Origin: an uncultured Thermoplasmatales archaeon | GTDB taxonomy: Archaea > Thermoplasmatota > E2 > DHVEG-1 | NCBI GenBank assembly: GCA_964517155.1 | Contig: CAZFAZ010000034.1 | Coordinates: 1 to 33,719 of the forward strand | Direction: 5' to 3' | Length of the DNA: 33,719 nucleotides | Shown here: positions 6,551 to 16,252 of the stretch, in pieces | Position numbering within the stretch: position 1 is the stretch's first letter | How the letters are laid out: each line of letters opens with the position of its first letter | The notes under the pieces: generated by a model | What the model was told of the DNA's origin: nothing | Databases searched by the model: none | What the model saw: only the letters and a program-made list of their open reading frames with translations | Position numbers and translations under genes: made by a program

Positions 6551-7822
6551 TTATACGCCCTCAGGTACATATGGCTCTTTTTCATAAGATGTTTGCATTT
6601 CTTCTTTTATTACTTCTGCAAGGCGTTTAACGCCTATTTTTATTGTTTCATCATCGCTGTATGAAAAATTTAGTCTCATTGTGTTATAGCTTCCACCTTC
6701 AGGATAAAAAGCATCTCCTACAACATATGCAACTTTTTTTGCAAGAGCTTTTTGAAACATTACATGAGCATTGATATTTTTTGGTAGTGTAAGCCATATA
6801 AACATCCCTCCTTTTGGTACAGTCCATTCAACGCTTTTGGGAAGATATTTTTCTAGATATTGCAGCATTATATCTCTTTTTCTCTTATACATCTCCCTTA
6901 TTTTTTCAACTTGCTTATCAAGATATCCGCCATTTATATATTCATATGCTACATATTGTGAGAATACATTTGTGCACAAGTCTGTTGCTTGTTTTGCCAA
7001 TGTCATTTTTTCACGTACTTCTTTTGATGCAACAACCCATCCTAATCTAAAGCCAGGGGCAAGTATTTTTGAAAAAGTACTAATATAAACTACTCTACCT
7101 TTTTTGTCAAAAGATTTAATTGGAGGTATTTTTTCTCCTTCAAAGATTATATCACTATATGGATCATCCTCTATAATCAAAAAATCATATTCAGAGGCTA
7201 TATCAAGTAGTTCTTTTCTCTGGCTCAAATTTATTGTTTCTCCAGAGGGATTTTGAAATGTTGGAACAGTGTAGATAAATTTTGGGTGTATGCCTGTGCG
7301 TCGTAATCGTTCTAAGTTTCTTCTAAGTGCCTCAGTATCTATACCATTATGGTTCATAGGTATAGATTCGCAGTTTGCTTCATATGCATTAAATGCTTGT
7401 ATGGCGCCAAGATATGCTGGAACATTTGTAAGATATGTATCTCCAGGATCTAAGAAACAAAGAGCCAAAAGTGAAAGTGCTTGTTGTGCACCACTTGTAA
7501 TTATTATATCATGATATTGACAGTCTATTGCTTTATTATTTCTCATTCTATCTGAAAGAGCACCTCGCAAAGATGTTAATCCTTCGGTTGTACCATATTG
7601 TAATGCGTGATGAATATTATTTTGAAAGGTTTTTTCTATACATTCATGGATGATATCCACAGGAAATGCATTAGGGTTGGGAAGACCTCCAGCAAAAGAA
7701 ATCATATCTGGTATTTGAGTAACTTTTAAAAGCTCTCTTATTTCAGAAGTCTTTAACGTTTTAGCTCTTTTTGAAAATAGTCTTTCTATGTTTACAACCA
7801 TTAAAACACCCATCTTTGACAT
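6551..7822 (-). CDS. PLP-dependent class I aminotransferase (aromatic/2-aminoadipate transaminase-like)
   Basis: ISFAGGLP, LQYGTTEG, ITSGAQQAL, PTFQNPSG, IIEDDPY, STFSKILAPGFRLGW (PLP Lys), RLNFS. Confidence 0.92.
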   Translation of the reverse strand: MSKMGVLMVVNIERLFSKRAKTLKTSEIRELLKVTQIPDMISFAGGLPNPNAFPVDIIHECIEKTFQNNIHHALQYGTTEGLTSLRGALSDRMRNNKAIDCQYHDIIITSGAQQALSLLALCFLDPGDTYLTNVPAYLGAIQAFNAYEANCESIPMNHNGIDTEALRRNLERLRRTGIHPKFIYTVPTFQNPSGETINLSQRKELLDIASEYDFLIIEDDPYSDIIFEGEKIPPIKSFDKKGRVVYISTFSKILAPGFRLGWVVASKEVREKMTLAKQATDLCTNVFSQYVAYEYINGGYLDKQVEKIREMYKRKRDIMLQYLEKYLPKSVEWTVPKGGMFIWLTLPKNINAHVMFQKALAKKVAYVVGDAFYPEGGSYNTMRLNFSYSDDETIKIGVKRLAEVIKEEMQTSYEKEPYVPEGV

Positions 7823-7867
7823 AGATAACTGTTTTATAAAACTATTTATTGGAGAAAAATAGTTTTT

Positions 7868-8959
7868 TTACATCCATTTTTTATGTTTAAAATATGTAAT
7901 CATAACAATTACAAGTCCGGCCATCATACATAATGCCATTGGATAACCAAAGTACCATTTCAACTCAGGCATATTAAAAGGACTATACTCTGGATCAAAA
8001 TTCATACCATATACTCCTGCGATAAAAGTAAGAGGAATAAAAATTGCTGCAAATATGGTTAGCACCTTCATAATCTCGTTCATTTTATTGCTAACGCTAC
8101 TCATATACATATCAAGCATACCTGAAATCATATCTCTAAATGTTTCAATGGTATCAATTACTTGAATTGTATGATCATATAAATCACGAAGATAAATATT
8201 AGTTGAAGATTTAATCAATTTCGAGTCTCCTCGCTGCATTCCATTTATTACTTCCCTTATAGGCCAGACTGATCTGCGAAGATGAATCATTTCACGTTTC
8301 AAATTATAAATTTTATGTAAAGTTTTAGGGGTAGGATTTGATACTAAATCCTCTTCCAGATCTTCTACTTTCTCACCTATTTTTTCAAGAATTACAAAAT
8401 AATTATCAACTATTTCATCAATAAGAGAATATGCAAGATAATCAGCCCCCATTTTGCGAATACGCCCTTTGCCGTTTCTAATTCTTTGCCGTACATTGTC
8501 AAAAACATCGCCAATGCTCTCCTGAAAAGAAATAACAAAGTTTTTACCAAGAATTAAGCTAACCTGCTCAGAATGTATTTCATGTTTTTTTTCATCATAT
8601 AACAGCATTTTTAAAACAAAAAAAAGATAATTTTCAAGATCTTCTATTTTAGGACGTTGGTTTGTATTTAAAACATCTTCTAAAACAAGTGGATGTATAT
8701 CAAAGCAACTGCCAATTTTTTCAATTACGCTAACGTCATGTAAACCATCTATATTTATCCAAGAAACTGTAGACCGTTTTTTCAAAGAAAAACAATCTTC
8801 AATTTTTTTTACTTCTTTTTCTTCAAATTTATCTAAATTATAATCAAAAAAAGTAATTTTTATTTTCTCTGTTTTCTTCTCCCCGATATATACAAGGGCA
8901 CCGGGCGGTAGACCGCTTGATTTAGAGCTTTTTCTTGTTGTAAGTTTCATAAAAATCAC
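7868..8959 (-). CDS. corA: magnesium/cobalt transporter CorA
   Basis: GLPPGALVYIG, WINIDGLHD, HPLVLEDVLNTNQRPK, GMN signature (YGMNF), MPELKW. The start may be the ATG at 8950. Confidence 0.95.
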   Translation of the reverse strand: MIFMKLTTRKSSKSSGLPPGALVYIGEKKTEKIKITFFDYNLDKFEEKEVKKIEDCFSLKKRSTVSWINIDGLHDVSVIEKIGSCFDIHPLVLEDVLNTNQRPKIEDLENYLFFVLKMLLYDEKKHEIHSEQVSLILGKNFVISFQESIGDVFDNVRQRIRNGKGRIRKMGADYLAYSLIDEIVDNYFVILEKIGEKVEDLEEDLVSNPTPKTLHKIYNLKREMIHLRRSVWPIREVINGMQRGDSKLIKSSTNIYLRDLYDHTIQVIDTIETFRDMISGMLDMYMSSVSNKMNEIMKVLTIFAAIFIPLTFIAGVYGMNFDPEYSPFNMPELKWYFGYPMALCMMAGLVIVMITYFKHKKWM

Positions 8960-10014
8960 TTTTGTTTAACATTGTATATTTTTACAATTGGCCATGAAAT
9001 TTCAATGTTTTCTTTATCAAAACGTTTTTTAAGTGCTTTAATAAATTCGTTTCTAACAACAAATCTTTTCATCGGGTCTGATACTCGTAAAACAGCAATA
9101 AAATTGATATTAGAATCACCAAATTCTCTATATCTAAAAACAGGCTCAAAATCTTTTACAGCACCATCCACAGATTGTTGAATTTCTTTTAAAACTTCAA
9201 GCGTTACTTTTTCGACATGTTCAAGATCAGACTCATATGAAACACCGCATGGAACCCATACCGATAAATCTTGTTTAGGAAGAGAATAATTAATGATGTT
9301 GCTCTCAGCAAGTTTGCCGTTTGGTATAATTAAAAGATTATCTGTAAGCATTTTGATTCTTGTTGATCTCCAGCCTATATCTTCGACTACACCTGTTGTT
9401 TTTTCATCAAGCTCGATAAAATCTCCAACATTTATTGGTTTATCTGATAATAAATGTACACCTGCAAAAAAATTAGAAAGTGTGCTCTGCAGGGCAAGAC
9501 CAATAGCAAGAGCGCCTAGCCCAACACCTGCAATCATCGGTGTTATATCAAGTTGGTAATATGATAGTATCACAAAAATAGCTATAATATATATTATAAA
9601 AGTTATAAGTTTATTTATGAGACCGGGTGGCCTGTCAAACCTTCTTTTGGATTTAGCCAATCCAAACATAGATACATTTATTATTCTTGATATTAGAAAA
9701 CTAAATGTAAATGCAAGAGCTATAAAAAAAGTTATATCTAAAAAAACGTGATCAGATTCTCCTATATTTACATGATACGCACTTAGAAAACTAATAGATT
9801 TTAAAGCAGTATATAACCCCGCAATAAAAATAAGTAGCACTATAGGTTTTGATATTCTTTTAAAAGCATATTTTACATATTTTTTATCTTTTCCAAATCT
9901 CATGAATACTAATTTTAAAATTAAATAACACAAGATTATTGAAATTATAGTTATAACTATGACAAATAAAGATTGAAGATATTCATTTTCTATAAATAGA
10001 TCCAACATAAACAT
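8956..10014 (-). CDS. mscS: small-conductance mechanosensitive channel (MscS family)
   Basis: GLGALAIGLALQSTLSNFFAG, KPINVGDFI, GVVEDIGWRSTRI, IPNGKL, FGDSNINF. Confidence 0.92.
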   Translation of the reverse strand: MFMLDLFIENEYLQSLFVIVITIISIILCYLILKLVFMRFGKDKKYVKYAFKRISKPIVLLIFIAGLYTALKSISFLSAYHVNIGESDHVFLDITFFIALAFTFSFLISRIINVSMFGLAKSKRRFDRPPGLINKLITFIIYIIAIFVILSYYQLDITPMIAGVGLGALAIGLALQSTLSNFFAGVHLLSDKPINVGDFIELDEKTTGVVEDIGWRSTRIKMLTDNLLIIPNGKLAESNIINYSLPKQDLSVWVPCGVSYESDLEHVEKVTLEVLKEIQQSVDGAVKDFEPVFRYREFGDSNINFIAVLRVSDPMKRFVVRNEFIKALKKRFDKENIEISWPIVKIYNVKQK

Positions 10015-10041
10015 TTGTTTTTTTTTCTCCTTTTTTATTTT

Positions 10042-10836
10042 CTAAGTTTTTTCTGGCTTTTTATTGTGCATAAAAACTGTAACTAGCATTATTACAGCAA
10101 TAAGTATTATACATATTGCAGAAGCATATGCAATTTCAATGTATTCATTTAATTGAAAACGTTTAAGCATTATGCCTAATAAAGCCCATATAATAACAAG
10201 ACTATATGCTATATCTTTTCTATCTTTAAGAACAAGTATGGTAATTAGTGCCGCAACAAGAATTACTAATATTGTCCAAATCATTTCACCTAAAAATAGA
10301 TCGCCTGCGTTATTTACTACAAGAACTGCTGTAACATTTGCAATTGTTGCAACTGTAATCCACCCGATATATACACTTATTGGAGTATGTATAAACATCT
10401 TTTCTTTAAGACTAGTTTTTGTTTTTCCAATCTCAAGTCTCTGGTAAATCATAAGTAAACTTATGAATAAAACAAACATAGGAACAATAGAGATAGTTAC
10501 TTGTTCATAATGCCACATGAAAATCCATATTATATTTGCAAGGCTCGCAAGCATAAAATAAAAACCTATTTTTTCAATATATTCTGGATTTTTTTTCTTT
10601 ATAAAAACTTCATTTATCTGGTAAAACATAAACAAAATAATCAAAATATATATTATACCCCATATAGCAAAGGTAAGTCCTGTAGGTACAAACAGGTTTG
10701 GAATATTATCTGATAATTGACCTGTATATTTATTATTGATTGGTAGTATATTTGCAAGAGCATTTATAATAATTGTAAAAATAACTGCTAAAGAATTACC
10801 TATTACAAATAATATGTTTTTATTTTTCATTTCCAC
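10042..10836 (-). CDS. TspO/MBR-like (tryptophan-rich sensory) membrane protein
   Basis: Multi-TM protein with NALANILPIN..TGQLSD..PNLFVP.GLTFAIWGIIY, LANIIWIFMWH and PISVYIGWITVATIAN motifs of the extended TspO-like family. Confidence 0.65.
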   Translation of the reverse strand: MEMKNKNILFVIGNSLAVIFTIIINALANILPINNKYTGQLSDNIPNLFVPTGLTFAIWGIIYILIILFMFYQINEVFIKKKNPEYIEKIGFYFMLASLANIIWIFMWHYEQVTISIVPMFVLFISLLMIYQRLEIGKTKTSLKEKMFIHTPISVYIGWITVATIANVTAVLVVNNAGDLFLGEMIWTILVILVAALITILVLKDRKDIAYSLVIIWALLGIMLKRFQLNEYIEIAYASAICIILIAVIMLVTVFMHNKKPEKT

Positions 10837-11059
10837 AATATTCTCCCCCTTTTTTAAAAAATATAAATATTTTCTTTGTTAATTATTGTTTCTAATTAAT
10901 TTTTTAAATACATGTATAAAGACTCTTTTTTTAATCAGGAGCTTTTTTGTACTGCTACGTCGTCAAATCAGGATCAAATTTTTTTCAATTATTCTTTATA
11001 AATAGAGACGTATTATTATCAATTAAAAATCTTAAATATTTTGCAGGGAAACATTGCTT

Positions 11060-11284
11060 TTATCTTATTGTTTTAAACTTTAAAATAGCTCCTGTTCCTT
11101 TAAGTTTTGATTGGATATTTTCAATTAAATTGAGTTCTTCATCTATATTTGCAATCCCTTTCCAATTGTATACAAAATCATGTTCTCCAATTGTTGGTTT
11201 AAGGCCAATTTTTATTAGTTTATTATGAATAACTGATGCTTTTTCACCATCGACATTCAGATAAATATCAATATATGTTTCCAT
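11060..11284 (-). CDS. hypothetical protein (~74 aa)
   Basis: Globular ORF METYIDIYLNVDGEKAS...GEHDFVYNW; exact start uncertain (11284 or 11287). Confidence 0.7.
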   Translation of the reverse strand: METYIDIYLNVDGEKASVIHNKLIKIGLKPTIGEHDFVYNWKGIANIDEELNLIENIQSKLKGTGAILKFKTIR

Positions 11285-11355
11285 CAAATCACGCTAATCT
11301 GTAATTTTCTAATTGGTTAAAAAAGTTGTTAAATAGTATTTAGTATTAACAGAAT

Positions 11356-11745
11356 TTGAAAATGAAGGATAATTGCTGCTTAAAAAATAATTGTATACAA
11401 TGTTGTTTAGATACTATGATGATTCTTTGCCAAGATGATGTTAAACGAATAAAGAATTTAGGTTTTAATCAGGATTTTTTTGTTCTGCAAAAAGATGGCT
11501 GGCTTATGCTTAAAAACCATGATGGACGATGTGTTTTTCACAACGGTAAAAGATGCACTATTTATGATAACCGGCCAATTGGCTGTAGATTGTATCCTGT
11601 GATTTTTGATAAAGATGAAAATTGTGCTGTTTTGGATAATGATTGTCCTTATGGAAATTGTTTTGAGATAACCGAGGCAATTGTTAATAAATTACATGAT
11701 GTTGTAAGAAAAGTTGAATCTGAAAAATATAAAAGAAAAAAATGA
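11356..11745 (+). CDS. YkgJ family cysteine-cluster protein
   Basis: CIQCC...GRCVF...CTIYDNRPIGCRLYP...CP motif series. Confidence 0.88.
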   Translation: MKMKDNCCLKNNCIQCCLDTMMILCQDDVKRIKNLGFNQDFFVLQKDGWLMLKNHDGRCVFHNGKRCTIYDNRPIGCRLYPVIFDKDENCAVLDNDCPYGNCFEITEAIVNKLHDVVRKVESEKYKRKK

Positions 11746-11767
11746 TTTTTTTTATTGTGTTGACTAT

Positions 11768-12262
11768 TTATGAAAACGTGCCTTTTATGTAAAATGTTGG
11801 CCCGGCTTTGCTTACTAATCTAAAGTCAAAACAAGTCTGGTTGTAATCTCCATATCCTGAGTATCCTGTTTCGTTTGTTTTTAATTCATATCCTGGCTCG
11901 TCGATATCTATATCTCCTAGTTGTCCAAATATAAAATGTTCAAAGAAATATATGCCTGTGATATTAGTTTTCTGTGATGTATTCCAATGAGGATAAAAAA
12001 CTCCTTTTAGCACAGATATCGGGCCGAAAATATTTTTATAATGTCCAGATATATTTCCAAATTCAATTTCCACTGTTCCAAATAATAAAGTATATTCTCT
12101 AATCCCCCATGTTCCTGTAAAATTACCTTGAGCCCATGATGGTGTTTCTTTTGATTCTATTGCTGTTTTTAAAAAATTTATGTTAGGTTTTGATGTTGTA
12201 ATAACTGTTGTCATGCTTAATAGTAAAAAACATATAATTAATATCATCGGTATTTTTTTCAT
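11768..12262 (-). CDS. secreted hypothetical protein
   Basis: MKK + hydrophobic signal peptide; Gly/aromatic-rich beta-type body (PSWAQGNFTGTWG). Confidence 0.7.
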   Translation of the reverse strand: MKKIPMILIICFLLLSMTTVITTSKPNINFLKTAIESKETPSWAQGNFTGTWGIREYTLLFGTVEIEFGNISGHYKNIFGPISVLKGVFYPHWNTSQKTNITGIYFFEHFIFGQLGDIDIDEPGYELKTNETGYSGYGDYNQTCFDFRLVSKAGPTFYIKGTFS

Positions 12263-12354
12263 ATTATTTTCCTCTATTATTTTAATAATAGTATTATATA
12301 GTTTATACTTAATAAATATTTCTAAAGAAAAAACAAAAATTTTAAAACTTAGTT

Positions 12355-12789
12355 TTATTCAGCTATTTCTAATAATTTTATCTTAAAAACTAAAGTTTTA
12401 CCAGCTAATGGCGGGTTAAGATCAACAGTTATAGTGTCATCTGAAACCTGTGATATGCGAACAGGTATCTGACGGCCATCTTGTAATGCAACCATGAACA
12501 TCATACCTGGTTGAATATCTTGATCTTGAGGAAAACATCCGCGGGGCATATCTTTTACGAACTCAGGATTATGTGCACCATATGCTTCGTCAGGCGGGAG
12601 TCTGATTTCTTTTTCTTCACCGATTTTCATGCCAACAACAGCGTCATCAAAACCTTTTATGAGCTGACCTGCTCCAACTACAAATTCTAACGGTTCATTA
12701 TGCATCTCTGAACTATCAAAAATCGTTCCATCTTCTAGGCTTCCAACATATTCAACTTTTACTTTATCTCCTTTTTTTGCGATTTCCAA
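12355..12789 (-). CDS. FKBP-type peptidyl-prolyl cis-trans isomerase (SlyD-like short FKBP)
   Basis: GDKVKVEYVGSLEDGTIFDSS, PLEFVVGAGQLIKGFD, PDEAYG, DLNPPLAGKTLVF. Confidence 0.93.
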   Translation of the reverse strand: MEIAKKGDKVKVEYVGSLEDGTIFDSSEMHNEPLEFVVGAGQLIKGFDDAVVGMKIGEEKEIRLPPDEAYGAHNPEFVKDMPRGCFPQDQDIQPGMMFMVALQDGRQIPVRISQVSDDTITVDLNPPLAGKTLVFKIKLLEIAE

Positions 12790-12988
12790 TATATCACCAA
12801 ATTACTTTTTTTAAAGGATAAAACACAAAAATCTCATGTTATTATTTTTTTAAACAAAATTATGAAACTCTTATCCTCATCCTACAGCATACAAAATAAG
12901 CTTTTCACTTAAATAACTTTGGAGTAATAAATGAGTCGTTTTAAAAAATAGTTTTAAGTATAGCGTTACAATCACATAAAAAACTAAG

Positions 12989-13492
12989 GTGAAAAAAATG
13001 ACTATTAAAATTTTGGTAACTGGTGGAACATTTGACAAAGAATACATGGAACTTACTGGGGATTTGATATTTAAAAATACACACATTCATGAAATGCTCA
13101 AACTTGCAAGATGTAAATTAGATATAAAAATACGAACTCTTATGATGATAGATAGTCTTGAGATGACTGAGTATCATAGAAGTATAATACTTGAGAAATG
13201 CAGAAATTCAAAGGAAGATAAAATAGTAATAACACATGGAACAGATACTATGGTAAAAACAGCAAAGATTCTTGGAGAGGCTATAAAAGATAAAACTATA
13301 GTTCTAACAGGTGCACTTGTCCCTTATGCTTTTGGAAGTAGTGATGGACTTTTTAATCTTGGGAGTGCTCTTGCATTTGTACAATCGCTTCCAAATGGAG
13401 TGTATATCGTAATGAATGGAAGATATTTCACTTGTGACAATGTCAAAAAAAACACAATAACTGGAGAATTTGAAGAGATAAACAGCCAATAA
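12989..13492 (+). CDS. short asparaginase (N-terminal catalytic domain only)
   Basis: TGGTFDK and ITHGTDTM carry both catalytic Thr motifs of class 1 asparaginases; IVLTGA; no C-terminal domain. Confidence 0.85.
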   Translation: MKKMTIKILVTGGTFDKEYMELTGDLIFKNTHIHEMLKLARCKLDIKIRTLMMIDSLEMTEYHRSIILEKCRNSKEDKIVITHGTDTMVKTAKILGEAIKDKTIVLTGALVPYAFGSSDGLFNLGSALAFVQSLPNGVYIVMNGRYFTCDNVKKNTITGEFEEINSQ

Positions 13493-13496
13493 TTTT

Positions 13497-14837
13497 TTAA
13501 GTACTATTAAAAGGTTTAATTTTTGCGGGAGGAATTTTTTCAAGAGGCTCGCTGATAATACCAAGGCTTACAAATTTTCCACCTGCTTTTGCAATTATCT
13601 GATTATCTTGTGTAACTCTAAACTTTGCTGCTCGATAATTAAAAAGTCTCTGCAGACTAGCACTAATAATATTATCTTTAAAATATTGTTTGCCTTCAGC
13701 AGTTTTCTGATAGATACGACCTTCTAAATCAATATTAAATTCATTTCCAAGATAATATTGTTCAAGCCACGGATTCTTAGGTTTTAATGCATGAGGTGAA
13801 AAATAACCGATAATTTTATGATTATACATATAACGAAATTGAAGTAGTTTTTCATCAGTGGTTTTACGAGCAAGAAGTATATGAATATCTGCATCATCAG
13901 GTAGGCGAACAGCTCTACCAATACTTTGAATATGATATGCTTCAGTAATAGCAGTTGATACAATAATTAAACATTTAATATTGCGTTTATCATAACCTTC
14001 AGACAGCATGCCTACACTTAAAAGTGCAGATATGCGATCGTTTTGAAAAGCATCAAGTGCTTTTTCATCAGGTTTTTCACTATGATAAGTAGGGATTCCT
14101 GTAATCTTTGAAAGAGTATTTGCTTGGTCAATACGTTTGCATATAACAAGAGTTGGCTTGCCGCTATTTTCTTTCAAGAGTTCTACTGCTTTAGGAATAC
14201 GATTCTCTGCACTGTAAACAAGACTGCGACGTTTAAAAATCATTGAATCAAGTTTTTCACGAAAACTCCATTTCTCTGAATCATTTTCAGCTCGACGCAT
14301 ACGTCCAAGCATTCTGCTAATAACCTCAGAGTATTCTTCATATATTTTGTATTCATCAAGTGTAAGATCGATGCCGTGAAAATAAACTGTGAAATCACTA
14401 ATTTGTGCATCAGCCAAAGGAACATCAATAATTATTCCGCCACAATATTCCAATGATGCTTTGTTTGGAGTTGCAGAAAGACCAAGAATATCATCAAACT
14501 TAATATTCTCATAAATCTTTCTAAAAACAGGGCTAGTGCTGCGATGGCATTCATCAACAACAAAAAGATCACATTTCAAGCCTTTTGATCTATCTTTTGA
14601 AAGAATATGAAATGTTTCAACTGTAATATTATCTACATTATGTTTAACAAGTTCTTTTCTCCACTGATTCCTAAGTTTATTAGTAGGAACACCTATGATT
14701 ACGTTCTTATATCCTCTATCCTTAATAAGTAAAATAGCTCCAAAGGTTTTACCAGTTCCAGCAAATCCTTTAACCACACCAGTGCCTTTGTAAATTCGAA
14801 CAAGACGTTTCTGCCATTCATAAGGTTCAAGCTTCAT
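13497..14837 (-). CDS. superfamily 2 DExH helicase (XPB/Rad25/ResIII-like)
   Basis: PYEWQ (Q motif), AGTGKT (Walker A), VDECH (Walker B), LGLSATP (III), LSEGYD (V), QSIGRAVR (VI). Confidence 0.88.
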   Translation of the reverse strand: MKLEPYEWQKRLVRIYKGTGVVKGFAGTGKTFGAILLIKDRGYKNVIIGVPTNKLRNQWRKELVKHNVDNITVETFHILSKDRSKGLKCDLFVVDECHRSTSPVFRKIYENIKFDDILGLSATPNKASLEYCGGIIIDVPLADAQISDFTVYFHGIDLTLDEYKIYEEYSEVISRMLGRMRRAENDSEKWSFREKLDSMIFKRRSLVYSAENRIPKAVELLKENSGKPTLVICKRIDQANTLSKITGIPTYHSEKPDEKALDAFQNDRISALLSVGMLSEGYDKRNIKCLIIVSTAITEAYHIQSIGRAVRLPDDADIHILLARKTTDEKLLQFRYMYNHKIIGYFSPHALKPKNPWLEQYYLGNEFNIDLEGRIYQKTAEGKQYFKDNIISASLQRLFNYRAAKFRVTQDNQIIAKAGGKFVSLGIISEPLEKIPPAKIKPFNST

Positions 14838-14904
14838 ATATCATCATCTAACAAAGATACTCCCCAACATAAACAAGTAATCCTTAAAATAAGTTGCCAC
14901 TAAC

Positions 14905-16161
14905 TTATGTATATTCAGATAAATATTCCACATTTTTTAAAATACGAGGATCGACAAATCCTTCTAAAGAGATAGGAAACGCTTGGTGTGTGCCAGCAAT
15001 AGAAAAATCACCTTCTATTCTAAGTACGATCCAATCTGGTAAAAGTCTACTTGAACCTGAGAAAAAAAACTTGTAATAAGGTACGTTGATTTCAGTTTGA
15101 ATACAAATTTTATTTTTCGGAGAGATTTGACAGCTATCCATGTTCTCTTGACCTAAAAGTGTTTTTTTCTCGCCGTCTAATCTGTGAATGCTGCAAACTA
15201 AATTATCTGCAACCAAAGGGATATTGCTTGGGTTGTATATTCTGAATCCAATAGTCCCTGAAATTCCTTTTAAAGTTAACTTTAATTGAATCGGTAGACC
15301 AAAATCAATAGTTTCATTATAAAATATGAAATCTTTTATATTTGGTATATCAAAAGATGCATCTGTTGAAAATAAAACTGATTTATTTATGCCTGCAATC
15401 TTTGCACCAGCTGAACCTGAAAGTTTCATCAGAAGTGTTTCTGCATCTAATGCATCATAAAAAATTGTTCCTTTGGATATAAATATTTTCGAACTATTCG
15501 GTTCAATAAAGCTTCTATCTAATTTAATTTGCCCTGCATCTACCTTTTTATCAGTTAAAATATCTAATGTAAGATTATCAATTTTTAATTCAAAGGTAGT
15601 TGGATTATAAATATTGACTGATGTACTAAAGTTCATGCCTTTTTCTGAAAGTTCATCAAAAGAAGAATTGATTTTAATTATAGGTAATTTTAAACTCTCA
15701 AAGATTGTTTCTAAAGAAGAAATAACCGTAACTTTTAGAGGAATAGTTTTTTGTATAAAACCTAAGAATTTTATGCCAATTACAGCATTTACAGTATTTT
15801 TTAAAACTTTAAACTCGTCGCTTTTAAAACTTAGTTTATCGGTTGATTTAAAAGTTTTATTTGTATAAGAATAGATGTTTCCTCCATTTATTTTTATGTT
15901 TCCTATTTCAAGACCCTCTTCAGTTTTACTAGTTACTTTAAGATCTGAAACAATTAACTCAAAACTATTTGGGTTTATAATTTCGATTTTTGTTTCAAGA
16001 ATAAGTTCTTCTGAATTCACATCTAAAATGTTAACATTCATTATTATTTCAGGTGATTCAAATATTTGTATATTTATTATAAGAAAACTTGCAACAATTA
16101 GATTAATTAAAACTAGAATAATCAGAATTATTTTTAGTTTTTTAAGACGTATTTCAAACAT
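14905..16161 (-). CDS. membrane-anchored multi-LEA_2 (WHy) domain protein
   Basis: N-terminal TM, then three repeats carrying the INPN/YNPT/YNPS (NPN-like) motif. The true start is most likely the ATG at 16161, because the longer ORF overlaps the divergent gene. Confidence 0.72.
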   Translation of the reverse strand: MFEIRLKKLKIILIILVLINLIVASFLIINIQIFESPEIIMNVNILDVNSEELILETKIEIINPNSFELIVSDLKVTSKTEEGLEIGNIKINGGNIYSYTNKTFKSTDKLSFKSDEFKVLKNTVNAVIGIKFLGFIQKTIPLKVTVISSLETIFESLKLPIIKINSSFDELSEKGMNFSTSVNIYNPTTFELKIDNLTLDILTDKKVDAGQIKLDRSFIEPNSSKIFISKGTIFYDALDAETLLMKLSGSAGAKIAGINKSVLFSTDASFDIPNIKDFIFYNETIDFGLPIQLKLTLKGISGTIGFRIYNPSNIPLVADNLVCSIHRLDGEKKTLLGQENMDSCQISPKNKICIQTEINVPYYKFFFSGSSRLLPDWIVLRIEGDFSIAGTHQAFPISLEGFVDPRILKNVEYLSEYT

Positions 16162-16252
16162 TTTTTTTATTATTATATAATTTATCACTATAAAAATATA
16201 TTGTGTGCAATAAATTAATAAAATTTCTTTTGTTATACCTATTTGTTTTAAG

